63,650 nucleotides of DNA, filler included, from 9 parts of 9 records of this genome joined end to end with filler, not necessarily neighbours in it, one strand, 5' to 3'; positions 20,050 through 30,227 are shown, numbered from the whole stretch's first letter. Made by a program: numbers and translations. The notes: a model not told the origin generated them from the letters alone.

Positions 20050-21762
20050 ATGACCAAACCCATCGATGACAGTGAAGAGAAAAAAGCAGAAGAATATGCC
20101 AAGTTTTCAAGAATCATATTCGAAAACAGCCAGGAAGCCATTATTTTTACCGATCTTCGGGGAAATATTCTGGACGCCAACCCGGCGTTCACTGCCATCA
20201 CCGGTTATTCCAAAGAAGAGGCCCGGGGATTACGGCAAGGGTTGATCTCTTTTAAGCAAAACAGTAGGGAGTTGATTGAGCGCTTTCAAAATGAGCTGGG
20301 TGAGACCGGCCAATGGCAAGGAGATGTCTGGGATCGGAAAAAAAATGGAGAGATTTATCCCAAACGGCTCTCCGTCAGCACCGTGTTCGATGACAACGAT
20401 TCCCCTCAAAATCACATTGTGATCTTTACCGACCAGTCCCTTCTCAAAAAGGCGGAAGAGGATATTAATCGGCTCAATAACTACGATATCCTGACGCAGC
20501 TTCCCAATCGCTCCCTTTTCTACGATCGACTCAAACAATCCATAGAAAAATCTCAGGTGGATGGAAAAAAGATTGCCGTCATTTTAGTTGACATCGATAA
20601 AACCGCCAGAATCAATGAGTCCTACGGCATCAGTTTTGTGGACAGACTGCTGATAGAGGTGGCGGATCGTATGAAAAAAAGACTGTTTCGGGCGGAATCT
20701 CTTTCGCGGCTGGTGAGTGATCGGTTTATTTTCTACCTGACCCGTCTGGAGACCTATGATCCCATTGCCGCCATGATTCAGAATATCAAAGATCTTTTCA
20801 CCCGGGAATTTCAGGTGGAAGATCATCGAATTTTCATCACCGCCTCCATCGGGGTCACCATCTTTCCCAACGATGCAGATAATCCCAATGAGTTGATTAA
20901 AAATGCGGAGATTGCCCTCAATCATGCCAAGAAGGCCGGTGTGAGCAATTTTCAGTTCTTTTCCGGCGATATGACCGCCCAAGCTTTCGAGCGGATGCAG
21001 TTGGAGACTGCCGTGCGTATGGCCCTCAAGAAGAATGAACTGCTATTGTACTATCAACCGAAGGTGGATCTTCGAAGTAAACAGGTGATCGGCATGGAAG
21101 CTTTGATTCGTTGGATTCATCCGGAGATGGGCATGATTCCTCCGTTCAAGTTCATTCCCATTGCCGAAACCAGTGATGTGATTTTGGACATTGGAGAGTG
21201 GGTCTTACGGCAGGCATGCATTACCGGAAAGAAGATCGTTGACCGGGGACATTCCGATTTCGGCGTCGGCGTCAACCTGTCGGCCCGGCAGCTGAACCAA
21301 TCCAATTTCGTGAACGTGGTAGAACGCATTCTGATTGAGACGAGACTCCCTCCCCATTGCTTGGATCTGGAGTTGACCGAGAGTATGCTGTTCGACAATA
21401 TCGAAAAGAACATTGCCTTCATGCATGATCTGCGGAAGTTGGGGGTGACGCTTTCCATTGATGATTTCGGCACAGGCTACTCATCCCTGAGTTACCTCAA
21501 GAGCTTTCCGGTCAACACCTTGAAGGTCGATCGCTCATTTGTCATGGATATTCCCGATGACAAGGACGATGTGGCCATTACCTCCACCATCATCTCCATG
21601 GCCCATAGTCTCGGATTGAACGTGGTGGCCGAAGGGGTCGAGACCGAGGTGCAGGCCCAATTTCTAAGGGAGAAGGGATGTCTTTGTGTCCAAGGGTATC
21701 TTTTCAGTCCCCCGGTCCCTGAGGATGAGTTCATGGGGCTGTTGAATGACAAATTTTGTTGA
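20050..21762 (+). CDS. PAS-GGDEF(degenerate)-EAL protein, likely a c-di-GMP phosphodiesterase
   Basis: PAS (NPAFTAITGYS), YD.LTQLPNR, GGDEF position reads RLVSDRF, EAL motifs MEALIRW, IDDFGTGYSSL, VAEGVET. Confidence 0.92.
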   Translation: MTKPIDDSEEKKAEEYAKFSRIIFENSQEAIIFTDLRGNILDANPAFTAITGYSKEEARGLRQGLISFKQNSRELIERFQNELGETGQWQGDVWDRKKNGEIYPKRLSVSTVFDDNDSPQNHIVIFTDQSLLKKAEEDINRLNNYDILTQLPNRSLFYDRLKQSIEKSQVDGKKIAVILVDIDKTARINESYGISFVDRLLIEVADRMKKRLFRAESLSRLVSDRFIFYLTRLETYDPIAAMIQNIKDLFTREFQVEDHRIFITASIGVTIFPNDADNPNELIKNAEIALNHAKKAGVSNFQFFSGDMTAQAFERMQLETAVRMALKKNELLLYYQPKVDLRSKQVIGMEALIRWIHPEMGMIPPFKFIPIAETSDVILDIGEWVLRQACITGKKIVDRGHSDFGVGVNLSARQLNQSNFVNVVERILIETRLPPHCLDLELTESMLFDNIEKNIAFMHDLRKLGVTLSIDDFGTGYSSLSYLKSFPVNTLKVDRSFVMDIPDDKDDVAITSTIISMAHSLGLNVVAEGVETEVQAQFLREKGCLCVQGYLFSPPVPEDEFMGLLNDKFC

Positions 21763-21883
21763 AACTCCCTTCGGAAAACGGTAGATTTCAAATAGGATCC
21801 TCATGAAAATAAATTGCCTGGCTTATTTTTTATAACGGCCATGTCTGACCACCTCTGACACAACAAAACATGAAAATCCTCGA

Positions 21884-21983
21884 NNNNNNNNNNNNNNNNN
21901 NNNNNNNNNNNNNNNNNNNNNNNNNNNTTAATTAATTAANNNNNNNNNNNNNNNNNNNNNNNNNNNNNNNNNNNNNNNNNNNN
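21884..21983. other. artificial contig linker
   Basis: N44-TTAATTAATTAA-N44. Confidence 0.99.
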
Positions 21984-22854
21984 TGGAGGGGCGACGCAAG
22001 CCCCTATAATAGATACTCTTTTTGAGTCGTCCAAGATTCAGATTTCAGGTTTGATTATTTCTTCACTAAGTGAAGTCGCAAGTCATTGGAATGCAAAAAA
22101 GACTCTACCAGAGTGGCTTGAGGAACAGGGGATTCCGGCAATATATGGTGTTGATACTCGGGCTTTGACCCAAAAACTTAGAGAATCGGGTACGATGCTC
22201 GGCAAAATAAAAGTTTCCAACGAAGACATTGCCCAGTTTGATCCAGATAAATCAAACTTGGTAGCTGAAGTTAGTTGTGATTCTGTTGAAGAGTATGGTG
22301 ATGTTGGTAAGAAGGTTGTTTTAGTTGACTGTGGTTGCAAAAACAACATTGTTCACAGTCTTGTTGATAGAGGTGTTAAGGTTATTAAGGTTCCTTGGAA
22401 TTACGATTTTAATCAGATTGATTATGATGGTCTCTTTATATCAAATGGTCCAGGTAATCCAAAGATGTGCGAAGAGACAGTCGTTAATATCAGAAAAGCC
22501 TTTGATAAAAAGAAGCCTATTTTTGGAATATGCTTGGGAAATCAGCTTCTAGCGCTTGCTTCAGGGGCCGATACCTATAAATTAAAATATGGTCATAGAA
22601 GTCAGAACCAGCCTTGTCAGGAAGTTGGGGGCAAGCGTTGTTTTATAACCTCACAAAATCATGGTTATGCTATTGATGAAAAGAGTTTGCCAAAGGGGTG
22701 GCGCCCTTGGTTTGTTAATGCAAACGATAATACAAATGAAGGGATGAGGCATGAAGAGTTGCCCTTTATGAGTGTGCAGTTTCATCCGGAGGCAAGGCCT
22801 GGTCCAACGGACACGAGGTTCCTCTTCGATGATTTTGTAAAGATGCTTACGTAA
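21984..22854 (+). CDS. carA: carbamoyl-phosphate synthase small subunit, 5'-truncated
   Basis: [35 protein letters not shown]. Confidence 0.95.
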
Positions 22855-22855
22855 C

Positions 22856-22889
22856 AAGCCCGGCTTTGGTTTTTTGAGTCGGGTTTTTT
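22856..22889 (+). terminator. terminator-like hairpin between carA and carB
   Basis: AAGCCCGGCT / AGTCGGGTTT stem with G-U pairs, followed by a T-run. Confidence 0.55.
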
Positions 22890-22902
22890 ATTGCTTAAAT
22901 AG

Positions 22903-22934
22903 TATGTCATCCCGGACGCCGATCCGGGATCCAG
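22903..22934. repeat. REP-like palindrome (GTCATCCCGGA...TCCGGGATCCAG)
   Basis: ATCCCGGA / TCCGGGAT hairpin; related copies at 26147-26200 and 28523-28552. Confidence 0.7.
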
Positions 22935-22954
22935 AAAATAAAAATGAGGTGAAG

Positions 22955-25900
22955 ATGAAAAAGGTTTTGGTTTTAGGAAGTGCAGCATTAAAAATTGGAG
23001 AAGCTGGCGAGTTTGATTACTCTGGTTCACAAGCAATCAAGGCTCTGAAAGAAGATGGTGTTGAGGTTGTTCTTGTTAATCCAAACATTGCTACTGTTCA
23101 GACTTCAAAAGGGTTTGCCGACAAAGTCTATTTTCTTCCCGTGAATCTTCATTTCGTTACAAAAGTCATAAAAAAAGAGAGGCCAGATGGAATTCTCTTA
23201 AGTTTTGGAGGTCAAACTGCTCTAAATTGTGGTGTTGAACTTTTCGAAAAGGGTATTTTAAGAGAAAATAACGTTGAAGTATTGGGTACACCGGTTGAAA
23301 CAATTATAAATACAGAAGATAGAGAAAAATTTAGAGAAAGTTTAGACGAGATAGGTGTTTTATCGCCACAGAGTCAGGCCGTTGGAAATGTTGAAGAGGC
23401 TTTAAGGGCAGCTGATGAGATTGGTTTTCCGATAATGGTAAGAATTGCATATGCCTTAGGTGGCTTGGGTTCTGGCTTATGCAAAGATAAAGAGGACTTG
23501 GTAGCTTTGGCTGAAAAGGCCTTTTCATACACAGATCAAATTTTAGTCGAAGAGTATTTAACTGGTTGGAAAGAGGTTGAGTATGAGGTTGTAAGGGATG
23601 GCGATGATAACTGTATTACTGTTTGTAATATGGAAAATTTCGATCCATTAGGAATTCATACTGGCGAATCTATTGTTGTTGCTCCATCACAAACGCTTTC
23701 CAATGACGAGTATCATAAACTCCGTGAGATAGCTATTAAGGTGGTTAGGCATTTAGGAATAAAGGGTGAGTGTAATGTTCAGTATGCTCTTGATCCCTAT
23801 TCCGAGGATTACCGCGTTATTGAAGTGAATGCCAGGCTTTCACGGAGTTCTGCCTTGGCATCAAAAGCAACCGGTTATCCGCTGGCATTTGTTGCTGCTA
23901 AAATTGCACTTGGGAAAAGCCTTCCGGAACTTAAAAATATGGTGACAGGAGTTACATCTGCTTGTTTTGAGCCGGCTCTTGATTATGTCGTTGTGAAAAT
24001 TCCAAGGTGGGATCTTGAAAAATTTAAGATGGTTTCCAAAAAAATTGGTTCATCAATGAAATCTGTTGGTGAAGTGATGTCGATTGGAAGAGGTTTTGAA
24101 GAGGCGTTGCAAAAGGCTATAAGAATGCTAGCGGTAGGTGCACACGGCCTTGTTGGTGATGAAAACCTAACTCTTGATAATATTCATGAAGAGTTAAAAT
24201 ACCCAACTCCTGAAAGAATTTTTGCACTGGCAGAGGCTTTTAACAGAGATATATCTTTAGACGAAATTCATGATCTAAGCAGAATCGATAAATGGTTTTT
24301 GAAGAAGGTCAAAAATATTGTCGACATGGAGAAAAGGCTTCTTTCATCTGACCCTAAATCAATTGATCCAAATCGATTAAGAGATGCAAAGAAAATAGGG
24401 TTTTCAGATACTCAGATTGCGTTTGCTCTGAATATTTCCAGAGAAGAGGCTAGAGGATTAAGACAAAAATTTGGAATCAGACCTGTTGTGAAACAGATAG
24501 ATACTCTGGGTGCAGAATATCCAGCACAAACTAACTATCTATATATGACTTACAATGGAGATAAAAATGATGTTGAGTTTGGCGGAGGAAATAAGGTTAT
24601 AGTCTTAGGCTCTGGAGCTTACAAAATTGGATCTTCGGTTGAGTTTGATCTCTGTTGCGTTGGGGTTGTCAGGACGCTTAATAGTCTCGGTTACGAAACG
24701 ATAATGATCAACTATAACCCGGAGACGGTCAGCACAGACTATGATGAATGCAGTCGACTCTATTTCGACGAACTCAGTTTTGAAACCGTTTGCGATATCT
24801 ATGAGATGGAGAACCCAATTGGAATTATTCTCTCAATGGGCGGTCAGATTGCAAATAACTTGGCTCTAAAGCTTCATAAGGCTGGGGTTAAGGTTGTTGG
24901 GACAAGTCCAGATATGATCGACAATGCAGAAGATCGCCACAAATTTTCATCGCTCCTAGATAAACATAGTATTGATCAGCCAGAGTGGATGGAGCTTAAG
25001 GGGATTGATGATGCGAAAAATTTTGCAAATGAAATTGGTTATCCTGTCTTGGTCAGGCCTTCATATGTTCTAAGTGGTGCTGCAATGAGTGTCGCGATGA
25101 ACGATAGGGAGTTGGAAAATTTCTTAAAAAGAGCAGCCGACGTCTCTTCAGAATATCCCGTTGTGATAACCAAATTCTTACTTAACGCAAAAGAACTTGA
25201 GTTCGACGGTGTTGCTAAGGACGGAAAGATTGTCGCTTCAGTAATATCTGAGCATGTCGAGAATGCTGGGGTTCACTCAGGAGACGCCACCATTGTTGTA
25301 CCTCCGCAGAGGACTTATTTGGAAACCGCCAGAAGAATAAAGAAGATTTCAAGGGATATAGCCTGCGCGCTAAACATTTCTGGACCGTTTAATATACAGT
25401 TTTTGGCTAAAGATAATGAAGTAAAGGTAATTGAATGTAATTTAAGGGCATCACGCAGTTTTCCATTTGTTTCAAAGGTAACAGGAACAAACTTGGTTGA
25501 TTTAGCGACCAGGGTTATGATGGGTTATGGCTATGAAGATAGCTCGTTACCGCATTGGGACCTAGATTATGTTGGCGTTAAGGCTCCTCAATTTTCATTT
25601 ACTAGATTAAGAGGGGCTGATCCAAACTTATCAGTTGAGATGAGTTCAACAGGCGAGGTAGGTTGTCTGGGTGATGACTTTGAAGAGGCTTTCCTAAAAG
25701 CTATGATTTCAGTTGGCTTGAAGCTCCCAATAAAAAACGTTCTTCTTTCAACTGGTCCTCTAGAGAGTAAGGTCGATTTTTTGGATAATGCTCGCTCAAT
25801 GAAGTCTATTGGTCTGAATATTTTTGCAACGGATGGCACTTCAACCTTTCTAAAAGAGAATGGGATTGAAAATATAAAGGTCGATTGGCCTCTGGAAGAA

Positions 25901-26134
25901 ACCGAAAATAGCGCTATCAATCATATAAGGGATAGAAAGATCGATTTAGTGATAAATATACCAAAGAACTATCAAGCCGAAGAGCTGACAAATGGTTATC
26001 TTATAAGAAGAAGCACGGTCGATTATGCGATCCCATTAATTACAAATTTGCAGTTAGCTAAGCGTCTTGTAGAATCCCTTCAGGCAAAAGATATGGAATC
26101 ATTATCAATAAAAGCCTGGCAAGAGTATTGCTGA
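22955..26134 (+). CDS. carB: carbamoyl-phosphate synthase large subunit
   Basis: Two ATP-grasp halves, GVHSGDA and a C-terminal MGS-like domain; ATG 22955 after a GAGGTG RBS. Confidence 0.97.
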   Translation: MKKVLVLGSAALKIGEAGEFDYSGSQAIKALKEDGVEVVLVNPNIATVQTSKGFADKVYFLPVNLHFVTKVIKKERPDGILLSFGGQTALNCGVELFEKGILRENNVEVLGTPVETIINTEDREKFRESLDEIGVLSPQSQAVGNVEEALRAADEIGFPIMVRIAYALGGLGSGLCKDKEDLVALAEKAFSYTDQILVEEYLTGWKEVEYEVVRDGDDNCITVCNMENFDPLGIHTGESIVVAPSQTLSNDEYHKLREIAIKVVRHLGIKGECNVQYALDPYSEDYRVIEVNARLSRSSALASKATGYPLAFVAAKIALGKSLPELKNMVTGVTSACFEPALDYVVVKIPRWDLEKFKMVSKKIGSSMKSVGEVMSIGRGFEEALQKAIRMLAVGAHGLVGDENLTLDNIHEELKYPTPERIFALAEAFNRDISLDEIHDLSRIDKWFLKKVKNIVDMEKRLLSSDPKSIDPNRLRDAKKIGFSDTQIAFALNISREEARGLRQKFGIRPVVKQIDTLGAEYPAQTNYLYMTYNGDKNDVEFGGGNKVIVLGSGAYKIGSSVEFDLCCVGVVRTLNSLGYETIMINYNPETVSTDYDECSRLYFDELSFETVCDIYEMENPIGIILSMGGQIANNLALKLHKAGVKVVGTSPDMIDNAEDRHKFSSLLDKHSIDQPEWMELKGIDDAKNFANEIGYPVLVRPSYVLSGAAMSVAMNDRELENFLKRAADVSSEYPVVITKFLLNAKELEFDGVAKDGKIVASVISEHVENAGVHSGDATIVVPPQRTYLETARRIKKISRDIACALNISGPFNIQFLAKDNEVKVIECNLRASRSFPFVSKVTGTNLVDLATRVMMGYGYEDSSLPHWDLDYVGVKAPQFSFTRLRGADPNLSVEMSSTGEVGCLGDDFEEAFLKAMISVGLKLPIKNVLLSTGPLESKVDFLDNARSMKSIGLNIFATDGTSTFLKENGIENIKVDWPLEETENSAINHIRDRKIDLVINIPKNYQAEELTNGYLIRRSTVDYAIPLITNLQLAKRLVESLQAKDMESLSIKAWQEYC

Positions 26135-26136
26135 AT

Positions 26137-26271
26137 CTAATTCTCTATGTCATTCCGGTCCTAGTTCTCTACGTCATCTCGGATCGAGGTCCGGGATGAC
26201 AAATAGAGTCGAAGACTATTTTTAGGCACTTTAATAGTGTTCGAGCGAAGACGTTAGGCGTAGTCGAGAAC
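26137..26271. repeat. cluster of REP-like palindromes
   Basis: 24-bp imperfect tandem duplication (26137-26160 / 26161-26184); hairpin GTCATCTCGGA / TCCGGGATGAC (26173-26200); GTTCGAGCG...AGTCGAGAAC element (26239-26271). Confidence 0.65.
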
Positions 26272-26418
26272 CGGACCCAAAAAAGGGGCTGTTTTGACTG
26301 GATTCCAGCCCTTACAGGGACAAGCTTTTTTTAACTCTTGCTTGAACCCCATCCGATTAGTTATAGAAGGTATGTTCTTAATGGATCGTTATGATATTCT
26401 GAACCTTAAGGGGGCTTC

Positions 26419-26619
26419 ATGAATTGGGATTCTTTTGCGTATCAATACATTGTTGGTGGGATCATTTTTTTGATCGGCTTTGTTGTTTGTTGGCGAAGCG
26501 GTGATCATTCGTGGAAGAGAAAGGAAGATCGCGTCACATCAATTTTTCTCATAGTTATGGTTTTTGTCTATTTTACAGGCCAGCTCCTCTGGCAGTTATA
26601 TGGGCTAGGAAAGATATAG
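26419..26619 (+). CDS. small 2-TM protein preceding the symporter
   Basis: 66 aa with two hydrophobic segments; AAGGGGG RBS. Confidence 0.65.
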   Translation: MNWDSFAYQYIVGGIIFLIGFVVCWRSGDHSWKRKEDRVTSIFLIVMVFVYFTGQLLWQLYGLGKI

Positions 26620-26675
26620 TTTTAAACTCCGAAGTAGAATTAATAAATGTAATATAGGATAATAGGAGAGACATA

Positions 26676-28511
26676 ATGGAAGTTAATACCGTTGCTGGTA
26701 CCACTTTAGACTATTGGATTATTATAGGTTATTTTGTCGCAATCTTTGGGTTTGGTTTTGTCTTTGCGAGATTTACAAGATCTACCAAAGATTTCTTTTT
26801 TGGAGGCCAGAGATTTGCGTGGTGGTTGATTGCTTTTAGTTATGTCGCTTCGATCGTTGGTTCTTACAGTTTTATCAAATATTCTGCTGCCGGTTTTAAG
26901 TATGGAACATCATCGACCATGAGTTATCTAAACGATTGGGTTCAAATGAGCTTCTTGCTTTTAGGTTGGCTCCCAATTATCTATTTTTCTAGATCTTCAT
27001 CTGTTCCAAACTATTTCAAAAAGCGTTTTGGCGATAAAGCAAGCTTGATGGCAACAGTCATCATTATGACATATATGATTGGTTATATTGGAATCAATCT
27101 CTACACAATGGGTGTCGCTTTAAACGGAATGCTTGGCACAAATATTTTCTGGTCAGCAGTTGTTGTTGCTGTTGTTTGCGGTGTCTATGTTACAGCGGGA
27201 GGTCAGACTTCTGTTATTATGACAGATCTTGCACAGGCTGTTATCTTGCTCATCGCAGGTCTTACTCTCTTTGGTTTGGGTCTTTATGCTTTAGGTGGTT
27301 GGGATCAATTCTGGTCAGGCTTACCCACCTCAGATAGATTACCGTTTGCAGCCTTTAATACCCCGCATAAGTTTAATTTTCTTGGTGTCTTTTGGCAGGA
27401 TGGTGTTGCAAACAACTTTGCTCTCTACATGATGAACCAGGGTTTTATTTTAAGGTTCTTGTCTTTGAAGAGTGTGAAGGAAGCCAAAAAAACATATCTC
27501 GTTTTACTTCTCGTCTTAATGCCTCTGGCAACTTTTGCAGTTGCTAATGCTGGTTGGTTGGCAAGAGCAATGGTAACTCATGGCTTGCTTCCTCAAACAC
27601 TAGATCCAAATCATGTCTTTGTTGCGGTTGCTGAGAAAGTCTCTGTACCAGGGATGTTTGGTTTTATAATGGCGGCACTTACGGCTGCATTAATGTCTAC
27701 AATTGATACGTTGATCAATGCTGTTTCTTCTGTTGCTGTAAACGATATCTATAAACCTTACGTGAAAAAGGAAGCTACAGATAAACACTATCTAAAAGTT
27801 GCTCGTTATGTGTCACTGGCGGCCGCAGGTCTAGGTATTATTCTTGTTCCTATTTTTGCTTCATTTAAATCGATCTATGTAGCTCACGCAACTTTTATTG
27901 CAGCGGTGACCCCACCGATGGTTATTGCGATTATTCTGAGTGCGTTCTGGAAGAGATATACACCTCAAGCTGCTTTTTGGACACTTCTTGGAGGGGCGTT
28001 GGCAATTGCTGTTTCAATAATTTGGCCTTCTGTGATCACTCCTTTGGCACATGGAATTGATCCGGCTGGTAATTTCAAATATATGCGAGCTCTCTATGGT
28101 CTAATTGTTTCAGGTTTTATCGCTGTAGTTGTAACATATCTTACTAAAGCTCAACCGATGTCAGAGATTGAAGGTCTGGTTATCGGAACTCTTAATAAAG
28201 CAAAAGAGAAATACAAGGGCGGTGAGATCAACGAAGAAGAGGGCGAGAAAATTACAGGCGAACTCGTTGTAAGAGATGATATCAAGGCTATTAGCGTAAA
28301 TAAATCTATGCTTGAGACCTTGAAGGGAAGAATTGGTGATCTTGTATATCTGGAAGATGGAAGAAAGTGGCTTGGTGGACTTCGATCTGTTCACGCAAAG
28401 ATAACCGACGTTCACGAAGATACAGATGCACACATTTATGTTTGTCCTGATCTGGTTGAAGAAGGCGAACTAATAGCAGGCCGCATGCACAGAATGGAAA
28501 AAATCTTTTAG
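26676..28511 (+). CDS. sodium:solute symporter (SSS/SLC5) family protein with a soluble C-terminal extension
   Basis: STKDFFFGG, YVTAGGQTSVIMTDLAQ, AALMSTIDTLINA motifs; many TM segments; AGGAG RBS. Confidence 0.92.
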   Translation: MEVNTVAGTTLDYWIIIGYFVAIFGFGFVFARFTRSTKDFFFGGQRFAWWLIAFSYVASIVGSYSFIKYSAAGFKYGTSSTMSYLNDWVQMSFLLLGWLPIIYFSRSSSVPNYFKKRFGDKASLMATVIIMTYMIGYIGINLYTMGVALNGMLGTNIFWSAVVVAVVCGVYVTAGGQTSVIMTDLAQAVILLIAGLTLFGLGLYALGGWDQFWSGLPTSDRLPFAAFNTPHKFNFLGVFWQDGVANNFALYMMNQGFILRFLSLKSVKEAKKTYLVLLLVLMPLATFAVANAGWLARAMVTHGLLPQTLDPNHVFVAVAEKVSVPGMFGFIMAALTAALMSTIDTLINAVSSVAVNDIYKPYVKKEATDKHYLKVARYVSLAAAGLGIILVPIFASFKSIYVAHATFIAAVTPPMVIAIILSAFWKRYTPQAAFWTLLGGALAIAVSIIWPSVITPLAHGIDPAGNFKYMRALYGLIVSGFIAVVVTYLTKAQPMSEIEGLVIGTLNKAKEKYKGGEINEEEGEKITGELVVRDDIKAISVNKSMLETLKGRIGDLVYLEDGRKWLGGLRSVHAKITDVHEDTDAHIYVCPDLVEEGELIAGRMHRMEKIF

Positions 28512-28552
28512 AGAATAAGAAATATGTCATCCTCGGGCCCCACGTCGCCAAG

Positions 28553-28652
28553 NNNNNNNNNNNNNNNNNNNNNNNNNNNNNNNNNNNNNNNNNNNNTTAA
28601 TTAATTAANNNNNNNNNNNNNNNNNNNNNNNNNNNNNNNNNNNNNNNNNNNN
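28553..28652. other. artificial contig linker
   Basis: N44-TTAATTAATTAA-N44. Confidence 0.99.
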
Positions 28653-29462
28653 ATGACTGGCGATGGTGTCAATGATGCACCTTCTATTAAAAAAGCAGAT
28701 ATTGGCATCGCCATGGGTATTACAGGTACTGAAGTTGCTAAAGGTGCAGCTGATATGATTTTAACAGATGATAATTTCTCAACTATTGTGAATTCTGTCA
28801 GTGAAGGTAGAAGAATTTTTTCTAATATTAAAAAAGCTATCCACTTCTTACTCAGTTGTAATATCGGTGAAATTATAACCATCTTCTTAGGTACAACTAT
28901 TGGTATTTTATTATTTGGTGGTCGTGTAACGACACTCACAGCTGTACAAATTTTATGGGTCAATCTTGTTACAGACTCATTAATTGCTATTGCTTTAGGT
29001 CTTGAACCAAAAGAAGAAAATGTCATGTCACAACAACCACGTGATACAAATCAATCAATCTTTGCAAATGGATTTGGAAAACTAATAGGTATTCAAGGGG
29101 TCATGATTGGTCTGATTTCATTCTTAGCTTATTATATTGGTTGGCACACACCACCTCAAGGCATTACTCCAGAGATGTCTGCACAAACAATGACTTTTAT
29201 TGTTCTTGCATTCTCGCAACTTATTCATGGGTTTAATGCACGTTCGTTAACACAATCAACGTTTAAACTTAAGAGAAATAAATTTATTATTTATGCATTT
29301 ATTGCAAGTGCACTCTTACAACTTGTTGTTGTATTTACCCCATTCTTAAGAGAAGTATTTGGTATTGATTTACCTGATTTAAAACAATGGGCAATCATTA
29401 TCGCTCTAAGTTTATTACCTCTTCTCATCGTAGAATTGTATAAATGGTTTAAAAGAAAATAG
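28653..29462 (+). CDS. P-type ATPase (Ca2+-transporting, P2A-like), 5'-truncated
   Basis: MTGDGVNDAP, GIAMGITGTEVAK, QILWVNLVTD. Confidence 0.93.
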   Translation: MTGDGVNDAPSIKKADIGIAMGITGTEVAKGAADMILTDDNFSTIVNSVSEGRRIFSNIKKAIHFLLSCNIGEIITIFLGTTIGILLFGGRVTTLTAVQILWVNLVTDSLIAIALGLEPKEENVMSQQPRDTNQSIFANGFGKLIGIQGVMIGLISFLAYYIGWHTPPQGITPEMSAQTMTFIVLAFSQLIHGFNARSLTQSTFKLKRNKFIIYAFIASALLQLVVVFTPFLREVFGIDLPDLKQWAIIIALSLLPLLIVELYKWFKRK

Positions 29463-29476
29463 TTTTAAATGATAAT

Positions 29477-29519
29477 AAAAAAGAAGGATACATATCATCA
29501 CGATATGCATCCTTTTTTT
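29477..29519. terminator. bidirectional intrinsic terminator between convergent genes
   Basis: AAAAAAGAAGGATACATATC-ATCAC-GATATGCATCCTTTTTT. Confidence 0.8.
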
Positions 29520-30225
29520 ATGTACTTAAATATGCTTCAATTAGTTTAGGATCATTTAGTAGTTTGTCTGATTTACCTTCAGCGATTAAATGACCAGTTT
29601 CTAACACATAACCATAATCTGATATTTCTAAAGCTCTTTTCGCATTTTGCTCAACAAGTAAAATTGTTGTTCCAGCTTTGTTTATCTCTTCAATAATTTG
29701 AAATATCATATCAACGAGCAATGGTGCAAGTCCCATTGATGGCTCATCTAATAACATAATTTTAGGATGACTCATTAAGGCACGACCCATCGCTAGCATT
29801 TGTTGTTCACCACCAGATAACGTACCAGCAGTTTGATTTTTTCTCTCTTCTAATCGAGGAAAATACTGAAACACTTTTTGCATGTCTTCTTTCATTTCTC
29901 TATGATTAGAACGTATATATGCACCCATTTCTAAGTTTTCTTTAACGGTCAATTGTGGAAATACTCTACGTCCTTCTGGCACATGTGAAATACCTTTTTG
30001 AACCAATTGATGTGCTTTATATTTAGACATTGACTCTCCTAAAAAAACCACATCGCCTTCTTTATATTCAATGAGATTAGAAATCGATTTTAGTATTGAA
30101 GTTTTTCCAGCACCATTGGCACCAATAAGTGTTACAATAGCACCTTGTTCTACTTTAAAATCAACACCTTTAATCGCATGTATCGCATCATAATAAACAT
30201 GAAGATTTTTAACTTCTAGTAACAT
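29518..30225 (-). CDS. livF: branched-chain amino acid ABC ATPase
   Basis: GANGAGKTS, VPEGRRVF, LSGGEQQMLAMGRALM, LLVEQNA. Confidence 0.95.
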   Translation of the reverse strand: MLLEVKNLHVYYDAIHAIKGVDFKVEQGAIVTLIGANGAGKTSILKSISNLIEYKEGDVVFLGESMSKYKAHQLVQKGISHVPEGRRVFPQLTVKENLEMGAYIRSNHREMKEDMQKVFQYFPRLEERKNQTAGTLSGGEQQMLAMGRALMSHPKIMLLDEPSMGLAPLLVDMIFQIIEEINKAGTTILLVEQNAKRALEISDYGYVLETGHLIAEGKSDKLLNDPKLIEAYLST

Positions 30226-30227
30226 AA

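Noticed and set aside
11643..26134. carAB duplication within one genome
   Set aside because: The copies are on different contigs with different codon usage and neighbours; nothing shows they share a genome.
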